From: Amoebidium appalachense
Taxonomy: Eukaryota > Protista > Ichthyosporea
DNA: 64,000 bases
Assembly (NCBI GenBank): GCA_963693365.1
Contig: CAVNZM010000001.1
Span: 13,378,418-13,442,417, forward strand
Direction of reading: 5' to 3'
The translations under genes were made by a program, and so were the position numbers. Every line of letters begins with the position of its first letter. The stretch's first letter is position 1. The notes below the pieces were generated by a model. That model was not told the DNA's origin and did not search any database. It was given only the letters and a program-made list of their open reading frames with translations. This document shows positions 20,171 through 50,330 of the stretch, one piece after another.

Positions 20171-21575
20171 TATGTGGTGTCAAACACGAACTCCGGGGTG
20201 ACGGACACTGTTCTGAGCGCGAAATGTGGAGAGCCGGCGCTTTTGTTGTGTGGCCACATGAAGCCGAAGTGTGGCGACCAATCAGCGCAGACCTTCGGAG
20301 CTATGTGATTTCTAGGCACAGTAAATGGAGTGGAATCGGATGGTCTCTAACAATGTAATACAATGAACAGTTAAATGTTTATAGAAAAACATGTTGTTTT
20401 TTATGTAGTTATTAAATATATATGGCAGATATCCCTTTTTTTGGTGCATTTATGGTTCTTGAGTAAGCGCCTTTCATTGCCGCCCACTTTCCATATCTGG
20501 AATTTAAGATAGCAATTACTGATTGGGTTTGAATTATGCCAATCGTATTGCTGCCGAAATACGTCAGGCGCATAGCTTGTTTACATTTGCTTATAATGCT
20601 GAAAAGATCCTATTTATTGCAGCCAGATATTTTAGGGAAGTACTATATATTGATTTTACTGAGTTTATTAATCATCTACTGAGTCTTCTTGTTTCGGTAC
20701 AACCTTGGCAACTTTGCTTTTTGGTTGTCAGTCTTCTGGGATAAACACTGCTATGATGTTTACCCAATCACAAGGCTTGAAGTTGCATTGTTTGCATTCT
20801 AAAGAGCCCGGACTAATAAACCCGGTGATCCCCACGTGACTTTATTTTGCCGGGAACGACCAATTTCATTCCTATTGGTTTACTTTCTTTTATAAATATG
20901 CAGCAAAAAGCAGCTCATCTGTTACCAATTTGATTAGGTAAAGAGATTAATTTAAACTTTTAAAGCCTTGTTCGACATTTTTAGCAAGAATTTGGTATGG
21001 TCTGTATCACGAAGGCTGAGCACCGATGTTTCCGATTGGCACAATGACTCGCCGGCGCTGACCGCTGTTTTCTTTCTCACAGTCTGTTGTGCACAGGCAC
21101 ATGAGTCAGACCTTTACGCAGCAAGCCTACACAGGAAGAAAAAGGCATGTTCTTAGTGTGAGAATTTAGAAGTTACTAATAGCGGAATTGTAAGGTGCTG
21201 TGGTAGCGTTCTGTCCTATGAAGTTTTTCTTTTCTTGTGTAATCCCATCCCCGGTCCTTCCGTTGCAGGTGCACTTTGAAAGAGCTTCGAGGGGAATTGT
21301 TCAGTACAAGTAAAATTTAAAAACATCTGCAAGTTGATGAGTTATAGGGACCATTTAGTGTTGTGACTGAAGCCCCGTTATGATTAAATTAAGAGCGTCA
21401 GAGGAACAACAAGCTAGATGTTTGAGTGTTTCTTTGCAAATTGAAGATCATCTTTCCGCCATTCCTCGGACTAAGCTGGACTTTTGTCATTCTCTTGTCA
21501 AAAGCCTCCCACTGTCCGACGACTTTGCACCCACTCCAGCGAACACACCTGCACATACACTCTTAGCCTAACAGT
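20171..21575. promoter_or_regulatory. Putative shared bidirectional promoter region between ILV5-like and ILV6-like genes
   Basis: Microsatellite-free interval bounded by apparent 5'-UTR donor sites (minus-strand GTAAGT at ~20170, plus-strand GTAAGG at ~21574). Both ATGs are directly preceded by CAG acceptors. Contains CCAAT/ATTGG boxes, CACGTG (~20832), TATAAA (~20891), TGACTC (21045) and TGAGTCA (21102). Confidence 0.45.
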
Positions 21576-21973
21576 AAGGCTCACTTACTTGGCAGGCACG
21601 CGCAAGCGAGCAAGACAGACGTACGCGCTCGCACACACTCACACACACAACCAAATATAGGAATACCCGCTTTTTGCATCCATTCATCCAACACATCTCC
21701 ACACTCCCAAACACACAACGTCACACTCACAAAAATGCACGCCAACACCTACAGATTTTTCTCCTCGCACCATGGGTGTATTGACATTGAACGACACACA
21801 AGCACATCCGGACACACACACACACACACACAGATACCCACACACACATACACACAAATGCACACACCTGAAACGACACGCCACTTACGGCCGCAAACGC
21901 AAACTCTTGTAGGGACTTTTGCACAAGTAAACCTGTGAGCTTGACAACTCCCCTCCCCCCCCCCCCCCCCCCC

Positions 21974-22150
21974 CGTATATACGCGGGCTAAGGGGTCGAA
22001 ATTCAGACGCAATTGATGACTTGGGCCCTCCCTGAGGATGGGCTTTGCTTATGACGCATACTGTGCGCATGGCTATGTTGCATACTTGAATGTTTGCCTT
22101 TGCATGTGTCCTTCGTGTATGCGTACTTCGTACCGTGTTCCGCATTCAAA
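21974..22150 (-). mobile_element. Dispersed repeat, truncated inverted copy C
   Basis: Reverse complement of the first ~190 nt of copy A with small deletions. Poly-C on both sides. In the presumed 5'-UTR intron of the ILV6-like gene. Confidence 0.85.
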
Positions 22151-22518
22151 CCCCCCCCCCCCCCCCCCCCCCCCCCTTTGTCCCCCTTGTCCCCGACACA
22201 CATACACACACCTACATAAAATTACCAGGTGGTGTTTTAATTTCAATTCGACCACCACTCTCCTTCCCACACGACACACCCAAACCTGAGTGAGTTATGT
22301 AGTAGTTGGCACAAAGAAAAAATACATTCTGCATTCATGACCATCTGCTCACAAGCTACCCTCAAGAACCACCCACATCTCCCATCTTTTTACGCTTCAC
22401 TCACAGCTCTCCAACCCTATACTCCCTTTTCCGTTTTCCACACCCCTTCCCCCCCCGCCCCTCCCCAATCCCCATCCCCATCTCCTTTTTTCTCCTTTTT
22501 TTCCAGCAGGTGTCCACC

Positions 22519-23235
22519 ATGGCCTTCTCGCTTGCACGTAGGAGTCTGGCTGCGGCCGTGACCCGCTCCGCCGCCCTCCGCGTCACCGCCCCTGCCCCCG
22601 CTGCCGCATCCATTGCACACAGGCGGTTTTCCAGCAGTGCGCCTGTGACACACAACAGCCCGGAGGAGGTGTGTGAGAACCTGTTCAAGTCCATCCCCCA
22701 GACAAAGAGCAGTGGCCCACAGGCAAAGCAGAGACGCATCTTCACCGCACTGGTCCAGAACGAGCCGGGTAGGTGTGTGTGTGTGTGTGTGCTTGGCGGT
22801 GGAGAATGGGCCTGGGGGAGAGGGGGGTGGGGAGGGGGGAGGGGGGAGTGAGATGTTACGTGAGGAAGGTGGGGGATGGGGGGGGGGGAAGGGCATAGGG
22901 AGGGAGCAACGTGAGGGGTTGAGGGGAAGAGGTGTTGAAGGCGGGGGGAGGGGGGGGGGGGGGGGGGGGGGGGCGAGGGAAGGTGTGGGAGGGAGGCGGG
23001 TGCATGGGGCTGGGTCTGTTCGTGTTGGTGTAACCCTCGTGTCGGTTTGTGTTATGGCACCATTATATGTTGTATTGGTTGATTTTGCCCATGACGGCTT
23101 GCCCAACCACCACTTGTTGCCATCACAAGGCACTCAAAAATGTTCCCCCCCCCCCCCCCCCTACACACACACACACACACAAGCACACACACAAAGGCTG
23201 CTGCCGCACCACCCTGCCCACCCTTTTCCTGCGGC

Positions 23236-23266
<31 letters not shown>

Positions 23267-23413
23267 GGTGTGCTGAGCAAGATCTCCGGTATGATCTCTG
23301 CCCGTGGGTTTAACATTGACAGTCTGGTGGTGGGCCGCACGGATGTGCCCGACCTCTCCCGCATGACCCTCGTGTTCTACGACACGGCAGATGCCAGCGA
23401 GCAGGTGTGTGCT

Positions 23414-23447
<34 letters not shown>

Positions 23448-23899
23448 TGCATGTGTGTGTGTGTGTGTTTTTTTTGGGGGGGGGGGGGGGAGGGGGGGGG
23501 GGGGAGGGGGGTGTACGTGTACGTGTGTGCATGTGTGTGAGGTCTGCTTGTACTTGTGTTGGGAAGGGGGATGGGGAGGAGGAGGGGGGGGGGGGGGGAC
23601 ATATTAAAAAAGCATGAAAACTGCGGCAATCGTACAATAATCGCATGGGATTTCGGGCTCTATTGTGCGCGGGGGGGGGGGGGGGGGGGGGTACGGCAGA
23701 ACATCATTGAACGAGACAGGGGTTTGGGGGAGGGTGATGGTGTGTGTGGGGACGGAGGGTAATCAGGGGAGGAAGTGGGAAAGGTGTGTGCACCCTATCA
23801 TCTGTAATCATCTGTACTTAGTTGATAAGTGCATCTGCCTGCACAAAAGTTTGTAGGTGGGTTTGAGATTAGCGGATTGGGCGAGAGGAGAAAAGTGAT

Positions 23900-23975
<76 letters not shown>

Positions 23976-24127
23976 GGGTAACATGGGGGGAAGGGGGCGA
24001 GGAGGGGAGAAGGGGAGGAATGCAGGTTAATAGGTCTGGTGTTTTTGCTCCATCGTTCACATTAGATTTTGACCACAATTTCTTTTTTGACTTTCCCTCC
24101 CCCCCCCCCCCCCCCCCCCCCCCCCCA

Positions 24128-24158
<31 letters not shown>

Positions 24159-24631
24159 CACACACACACACACACACACTCACTCAACCCTTTGGGCTCA
24201 CCTTGAGGAATCGTCCTGCATATGTTACATACTGTGCACGTTGCTGGTGTTGCACACTTGAATATTTGCCTTTGCATGTGTCCTGTACTGTGCTGTTTCT
24301 CATCTTGTACCGTATTCCTCATTCTAACCCCCCTGAGCCACACATCGTCGTTTCCTTGATGTTTCCAAATGCGAACCCCCCCCCCCCCCCCCCCCCCTTC
24401 CTCCTCCTCCCTCAGCCACACACATACACGTAGACACATTTTTCCTTGTAGACCTCCCCCCATCCCCCCTCCCCCCTTCGGATGGGCTCTGCTTTTGATG
24501 CGTACTCTTTGTGTATCCTTTGCAAAACGTGTTATGTTATTGTCTGTGTACTTCATACCCTGGAACGAATGCTAACCCTTCTCAACACCACCACCCAAAC
24601 ACACACACACACACACGTACGTATCATCCCC

Positions 24632-24666
<35 letters not shown>

Positions 24667-24687
24667 CCCCCCGCCCCCGCTCCTCCC

Positions 24688-24759
<72 letters not shown>

Positions 24760-24784
24760 ATCCAATTTTCCCGGGGAAAAAAAA

Positions 24785-24817
<33 letters not shown>

Positions 24818-24882
24818 ATTATGCAGCTGCGGTCTCAACACCATCCAAATTTCCGGGGCCAAAAAAAAAAAAAATCAACCCG

Positions 24883-24925
<43 letters not shown>

Positions 24926-25538
24926 ATTATGCAGCTGCGGTCTCAACTCGAGGACCTCGTGCCCGTGTGGGCGGTGTTTGACTACACGGATGTGCGGATG
25001 GTGGAGAGGGAGATGTTGCTGGTGAAGGTCAGCCTGGACAGGGAGAACGCTGACCTGCCAATCAGGATGCGCAGGTGTGTGTGTGTTGTGTGTGTGTGTG
25101 TGTGTGTGCGTGTGTGTCAGAGGAGGGAGGGGCGGGAGGGGGGATCGATGTGTGGGTGAGTGGGGAGGTGGGTAGGTTTTTCTGAAGGGGAGTGAGGGAG
25201 GGGAGGGGGGGGGGATCGATGTGTGGGTGAGTGGGGAGGTGGGTAGGTTTTTCTGAAGGGGAGTGAGGGAGGGGGAGGGGGGGGGGGTTGTGTGTGTGTC
25301 CGGGGGGGGGGGGGGGACAGGGAGAATGCCGATCTGCTCAGAGAATGTGCAGATGTGTGCTTGTGTACGTGTGCGGGTTTGGGTGTGGCTATGTGGATGC
25401 GTGGGTCGGTGGATGGGGGGAAGGGGGGAGGGGGGAGGATGGAGAGGGAGAATACTGATTTTCCCATTAGCATTGCAGGTGTGTATATGTGTGGGTGTAT
25501 GTGTCTAGGTAAATAGGTTGGTGTGGGTGCGGGTCTGC

Positions 25539-25569
<31 letters not shown>

Positions 25570-25874
25570 GGGGGGTGAGTGTGTGTGTGTGGGGGGGGGG
25601 GGGGGGGGGGGGGGGGGGATGGGAGAGGGGTTTCAAGCGTGGGTGATGGGGGAGGGGGATGGGAGAGGGGGGAGGGGGGCATTGTTGCAGGTGCAGAAAG
25701 GAACGGGCCCTCATGTTTGTGGGCTGAAAGGCTTGTCGAGGTAAGTTGCAGTTTCCCCTGACCTCTAGGCTGATGGGGTTTTGGTAACTGTATTGCTGGC
25801 ATGGTCCTTTGTTTGTGGTGTTTATACGAACTTTCTTGCATGAAGTATGTTAACTCAGCTCACCCTCCCCCCCT

Positions 25875-25906
<32 letters not shown>

Positions 25907-25929
25907 TCCCCTCCCTCCTCCCTCTCTTT

Positions 25930-25994
<65 letters not shown>

Positions 25995-26080
25995 CACATG
26001 CAAACACAGACACACATGCAAACTACGCGAGTACATGTAGAACACACGTACACAACACACACATACACACACACAAACAC

Positions 26081-26113
<33 letters not shown>

Positions 26114-26356
26114 CACACACACACACACGTACACAAACAGGGATCTCAATCGCCGCTCTCTCACCGAGCTTACCGCCCTGTTTGGTGGTAAGGTGCAGGA
26201 CGTGGGGATTGATGCCATCATTATTGAGCTGGCAACTAAGCCCGCACGTGTCATCACTTTCACCTCCCTGCTGCAGCCATACGGCATTCTTGAGGCAGCA
26301 CGCACAGGTGTGTGTGTGTGTGTTTTAGGGGGGGGGGGGGGGGGCGGTGGGTGGGT

Positions 26357-26392
<36 letters not shown>

Positions 26393-27049
26393 GGGTGTGT
26401 GTGCTTTTAGGAGACGTGTGTAAAATGCCTCTGTGTTTTGCCGTGTGTGTGTGCGCGCGCGCGCTCGCGCGTTTGCTTTGCCCGGGGGGATGGGGAGGGG
26501 GGGATATATATGTGTTTTAGACCCTTGGTAATGGAGTTTGAGGGGTGCGGTTGTGGGGAAGGGCAGGCAGAAGACTTATAACTGGCGCATTGAATTGTGG
26601 CACCAATCGGCGCAAGGCTGGCCTTTGCGCAATACTATGTAAGATTGCATTTCTATGATTGGTCGTTCAAAATCTGGGTTCGTAAGAAAAAGATTAGTTG
26701 ATAAATTTTTCTAACCCCGACCAATCACGGAACTGCAATCTTGCGTACACGTTGCGCAAAGGCCCGCTTTGAACTGATTGGTGCCAGAATTCAATGCGCC
26801 CACTGTAGAGGGGGAGGGAGGGAAAGGGAAAGGGGGGGGGGGGGGGGGGGGGGGAGGGATAGAGGGGGGAGGGCTCCAGGAGTCTTGGGTTCATGTTTTG
26901 GTTGTGCTGGCTGGTTTCATTGGAAAATGGTGAGGAAGGAGAGAAAGAAGAGGGAGCATGGTGGAGGGAATCGTGTTGGCTTACAGTTTGTTGACGGGGC
27001 GGAATGTTGATAGGTCGAAGGTGCCCCGGGGGAAAGGGTGGGTGGATGC

Positions 27050-27092
<43 letters not shown>

Positions 27093-27193
27093 TGGCTGCA
27101 CCGAAGGAGTGATGAAGAGGGGATGACGGTTAAGGTTGTAGTGCTTTGGTTGTATCCGTTAGGGAATGTGGTTGTGTGTGTGTGCCCATGCGC

Positions 27194-27228
<35 letters not shown>

Positions 27229-27430
27229 GAATGTGTTTGGCTAATGAATGTAGTGTGCATGTGTGTGCTGTGTTTGTTGGGGATGGAGGGGGGAGGACTG
27301 GAGGGCACCAAAACTGACATTTTTGTATGGTCGTTCAGGTGTTGTGGCAATGGCACGGACACCGGTGGAGAGCGAACACGTGGAGGAGGAGGAGAAGGAG
27401 ATCGATCTGGCCTCCCTGCCCCCATCGTAG
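22519..27430 (+). CDS. ILV6: Acetolactate synthase small (regulatory, ACT-domain) subunit, mitochondrial precursor, 5 exons, ~261 aa
   Basis: Exons 22519-22768, 23268-23404, 24935-25074, 26141-26307, 27339-27430 (786 nt). ACT motif [40 protein letters not shown]; also [32 protein letters not shown], and a fungal-type C-terminus (LASLPPS*). N-terminal mitochondrial presequence. Confidence 0.95.
24185..24575 (-). mobile_element. Two diverged inverted copies (E, F) of the dispersed repeat
   Basis: 24185-24328 (cacttgaatatttgcctttgcatgtgtcctg) and 24478-24575 (ggatgggctctgcttttgatgcgtact) in ILV6-like intron 2. Confidence 0.65.
24758..24946 (+). repeat. Tandem duplication spanning the ILV6-like exon 3 acceptor
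   Basis: ccatccaa.ttt.c.gggg..A-run..C-run..attatgcagctgcggtctcaac occurs twice. Confidence 0.85.
26581..26806. mobile_element. MITE with ~83-bp imperfect terminal inverted repeats (Tc1/mariner-like end)
   Basis: ggcgcattgaattgtggcaccaatc...tgattggtcg (26584-26665) is the imperfect reverse complement of cgaccaatca...gattggtgccagaattcaatgcgcc (26718-26800). The right end reads ...CCACTG|TA. No ORF. Confidence 0.7.
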
Positions 27431-28106
27431 ACACAACATACACACACACACACACACTGAATGGCTCATTGTACCTCTTTGTGAAACTCACCGACAACAA
27501 ATAATGATAAACGCGCAACGCAAAGCACATCATTTCTCCACACGCATGTAATTTGCTTGCTCCTGTTTTGCTTTTCTCGTTTCTCCCCGGCAAGTTCCAC
27601 ATGCTATATCGAAAACCCCACGACCTTTGTTACATGTAGGGTGCCGTTCCTTGTACTAATGTTGTTGATGTGGGCAGGATATGATCAAGAACCACTTAAA
27701 CATTTTTGGAGGTATGCATTTATAGGGAGCTGTTGTAGTGTTGGGTTAAAGAATTCCCATATTAAGCCAGGCAACTGTGGAAAGATAACCATTAAAGCTC
27801 ATCACTGTGGGCATGTCTTGGTATGAGTGCTAGCCCGGGACAGTTAAAGAAACACCATGGGGCTTAGCGGCATGCCCATATGAACACTCGTTATTTTTGG
27901 CTCTTTGGCTGTGCCACGGGCCACACGAACGAATAAACACATGTACACACCCGTTTACGGTGAAACTACGACTCGTGATCAGGAAGTCGGGGTTTTGTGT
28001 TGGACCTCAGAAATTTGGCCATATGCGCTCAACTATTCGGGGGTGTCTTCACAATGATGTATGCTACTTGAAAGTTTCAATGATCTAGATACATTCACTT
28101 GGGCCC

Positions 28107-28144
<38 letters not shown>

Positions 28145-28438
28145 ACCACCACCACCACCACCACCACCACCACCACCACCACAACCACTACACACACACA
28201 ACACACAATTGCAACCCAGCACAGCTCTGAGTAACCACATACACACACCCATGTACACACGCACCATCACGGGCCGCAAGAATCTGATATCTGATAAAAA
28301 GAAAGGCCCTGTAGCTACAGGAGCAATCTTTCTGATGTTTCTCAAAAAACGAGAGCCACGTGCACCTGCACACACGATGCAATATATATCATGGTTGCCA
28401 TGCATCTGTACATGTCCAGGACGTCACATGCATATATA

Positions 28439-28548
<110 letters not shown>

Positions 28549-29104
28549 AACTAATACTAATCATTAGCAAATTTGATGAAACACGTGTACACCAACGTTA
28601 ACACGCCGAAACAGCTTGTATGCATATGAATGTTACATAGCAAATGCTTTATCAAAGCGTGCTATCTGGTGACTCAAAACTGAAACCACCACGATCGTGC
28701 TCCGTATGGAGTATTGAGGAAGACCACAAGTTATAGCTACCTGACTAGCGCAGCATCTCAAAATCGCCTGCAAATTTAACTGCATAGAATTCTATTATAC
28801 CCAACCTATGTACAATGATTCCACTGCACGGGCCACTGTGCGCATCAAAACAAAAGACACAGTGGCTGTGTATACGTAAACAAAACCGGTGCAACACCAG
28901 CAACGGCAACACATGGTTAAACCCACGTTGACTCACTATTAATGTTAAAAAACTTTGAGGCTATGCAACCAGCAGGCCTTGTGGCCCACGGAAGCACACA
29001 GTGAGCCCGCCCAGTCGCCGGCCCGTTTGTGCACACCGCCAAATTTGACCGTTATGAATCATATACCGGCAAAGTCCGACCAAATTCTAAAGAGCACTTT
29101 TAAC

Positions 29105-29141
<37 letters not shown>

Positions 29142-29197
29142 GGAAACATGATACAAAAATCCATTCAGAAAAAAACTGCAAATCAATCACACAGCCT

Positions 29198-30868
29198 TTA
29201 CAGAGGACCAAAGGGGTCAAAATTGTTGCTGTTGCCACCGTTAGCAGGGGGGCGCTGGGCGCGGAGGGGGCAAACGGGTTGTACCCAGACTGAGGCTGGG
29301 TGGTGGGTGGGGCAGCATAGGTGGCTGGGCGGGCAGCAAACGCAGGCGGCATTTTGTATGCTTGTTGCTGCTGTTGGGTTGAATATTGCGCCGGCGCCTG
29401 CTGAGATGCATAGGGCTGCGAGAAGGGGCACGGGGAGCGCGAGGGGTCCTCCTGGTAAGGCGAGCGAGGGCGCTCGTCATATGTCTGGTAGCCTTGGGGT
29501 TGGTTGTCATAGCTATAGCGCGGCTGCTCGTATGGAGAGCTGGGTTGTTCATAAGGGGAGCGGGGTTGTCCATAAGGGGATTTTGGCTGTTCATGGGGGG
29601 GCCTCGGCTGCTCATATGGAGAACGGGGCTGTTCATAAGGAGACCTCGGCTGCTCATAGGGGGACCTCGGTTGTTCATATGGAGAGCGGGGTTGTTCGTA
29701 GGGGGACCGTGGGCGCTCATCATAGCGAGGTTGGTCTTGGTACGGGGACCTTGGGGATGGGGGCGCGGTCATCGCGATCGTAGCGGGGGCTCCTATCCCC
29801 GTGTTTCTTCCTGTACTCCTCCTCCCTCTTTCTCCTCTCCTCCTCCTCCTTGCGCCGTCTGTCTTCCTCCTTCTTCCGCCTGTCCTCATCTCTCTTTGCC
29901 TGCTCCTCCTCGTGTTTCCTCCTCCTCTCCTCCTCTTCCACCCGCCTCTTATCCTCCTTCTCCCACCTCTTGCGATCCCTCTCCCGCTCTTTCTTTTCCT
30001 TCTCATCCTCCGACCCTGAGCTCTCCCACTCTGCGCGCTGGTTGGGTGCGAGGGAATGGGCCTCGAGCCATTGGAACAGTCGATGGTTTTCCCTCGTGAG
30101 GGGGCACACAAATTCCCATAAACGGCCGGAGTCTTTCAATTTGAACGAGGTGGCGTTGGACACCTTAATTTTGTACGTGGCTTCGGTCGAGGTGTGGGAG
30201 CCACGCTTGATGATGAGGTCTTGGGCACGGCATGGGGTTTTGCCATCGTTTGACGTGAACAGGCAGTCTACCTCGCTCTGTGGTGTGAGTACAAAAGTTA
30301 ATTGCGAATCCATGAAACTTGAATAATTAGACTGGGTGACCCTATATTTCTACAAACATGATTCTCACTGTTCCGAGTGTGACTGAAAAGTGGATGCCCT
30401 CAAGTGAACACGCAACGAACAACCATGGTACTAATATTAACAGGAGCCAAGCAAAGAAGGTTGTTACCGGTCTCATGCCCATGGAAAGGAGGGCATGCTC
30501 GCCATCAAAAACACGCTCTAAAGGTATCAACGTGCACTGTAAGGCAAACCTACCTCAGGAGCGTTGACATCGCTGCCCTTGACGATAATCACCTGCCCAT
30601 CGTAAACAACGAAAATCCTCTCAGAAGCCCCCGACTCGCTTTTGACCTGCTTTATCGCCTTGCTTATGAGGCCGCTTCTCTTCTCCCTCCCATCCGTCTT
30701 TGTCTTCACCTCAAACATCTGTCCCCTTCCCACTGCCTCAAACTTGCGCGGGTCGGCGCCGTTGAAATCATCCTTCCACTGGGCCTTGCCGAAATTGTCC
30801 TGAGTGTTGATGTCCCTTGCTGTTTGAAGCCCAGTCTTGACCAGGTTGATAATCATTAAAACGGGCAT
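29198..30868 (-). CDS. Hypothetical protein: globular N-terminus, charged coiled coil, PRSPYEQ heptad repeats, C-terminal NPF/DPF motifs; two apparent homopolymer frameshifts
   Basis: Exons 30554-30868, 30369-30398 (GAG acceptor, less certain) and 29198-30277. The reading runs through an EKR-rich coil, shifts frame at a G5 run (29759-29763) into PSPRSPYQDQ...(PRSPYEQ)n...YNPFAPSAP, then shifts at a G6 run (29247-29252) to end PANGGNSNNFDPFGPL*. Confidence 0.65.
29520..29712 (-). repeat. Coding 21-bp tandem repeat (~9 units, PRSPYEQ)
   Basis: Translated units PRSPYEQ x5, PRPPHEQ, PKSPYGQ, PRSPYEQ, PSSPYEQ. The DNA units differ mainly at synonymous positions. Confidence 0.85.
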
Positions 30869-31788
30869 GTTTGCTTCTGGTGGGTGACACCACACACCTG
30901 AGAATATTCCTTGCAAACCCTTTGGTATACTAGTAGCTACCTATGCCTTTTGATGGGTTGAAATGGGAGTTCACCTTCGTTGTGTACACGGCAGAGTTTC
31001 CTTTCAACCTACCCTACGTCACTCGTTCAGTGTTTTGAAACTTTTCGAACACCCATGCGAGTTTTTTATCTACCTCACGAGAGGAAAGGAATGTGTTTTG
31101 TAGCCAGTGCATACTTCTAATATTCGCTGCTAAGTTATCCACTCACGTAATATGTGCAGCCCTGGGCAAGGTTAGATTTTTCGACGTTGTTGGTTTGCAC
31201 AACAGTATTGTTGAGCACTGCTAATTATCAGTACGCAACATGTTAGAGGTCATAACTACTGTATGTTATTGAAAGTTGCAAACAACCGTGTAGGTCATAC
31301 ACATCTCTGACCAAATGAAGACGTTGGGGATAGATTTTAACTCAACAAAAATATCCTTATCTGTACGAATGTTTTTATTGGATATCTTTATTGTACGTCC
31401 ATTTATGGCAGGTATTTTTTTGGCTGCGGATGACTAAATTAATAGTCTTACGATTATGACGCCATGAGCCATATCACTTTTTAGTGCTTGGGTGGTTTAT
31501 GTAAATCTATAAGGTAAACGCTGTTGACTAACTATCAAAGGCTCCCTGGGTGCCGGCCGGGTGGTCGGTCACAGTGGAAAAAAGATTACGTCAGATTCCG
31601 AAAACTTGGCAAGTTGTAACATGAAAACTTTCTTGCCTGGCAGGTTGGAAAAACCTTGAGTCATTCTTACATTTAATCGCTACTAGAGAAAGAGTAGCAC
31701 AGTTTTATCCTGTGTTCAAATACAGAACTAGCCCTCTTAGTCTCTTACCTTCTGTACAGGGTATCTGTGTGGCCGAAACAACCCCACC

Positions 31789-50330
<18,542 letters not shown>

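Noticed and set aside
29520-29712. CRISPR-like array or Pol II CTD
   Set aside because: Head-to-tail 21-bp coding repeat with no spacers; the heptad is PRSPYEQ, not YSPTSPS, and no RPB1 domains are present.
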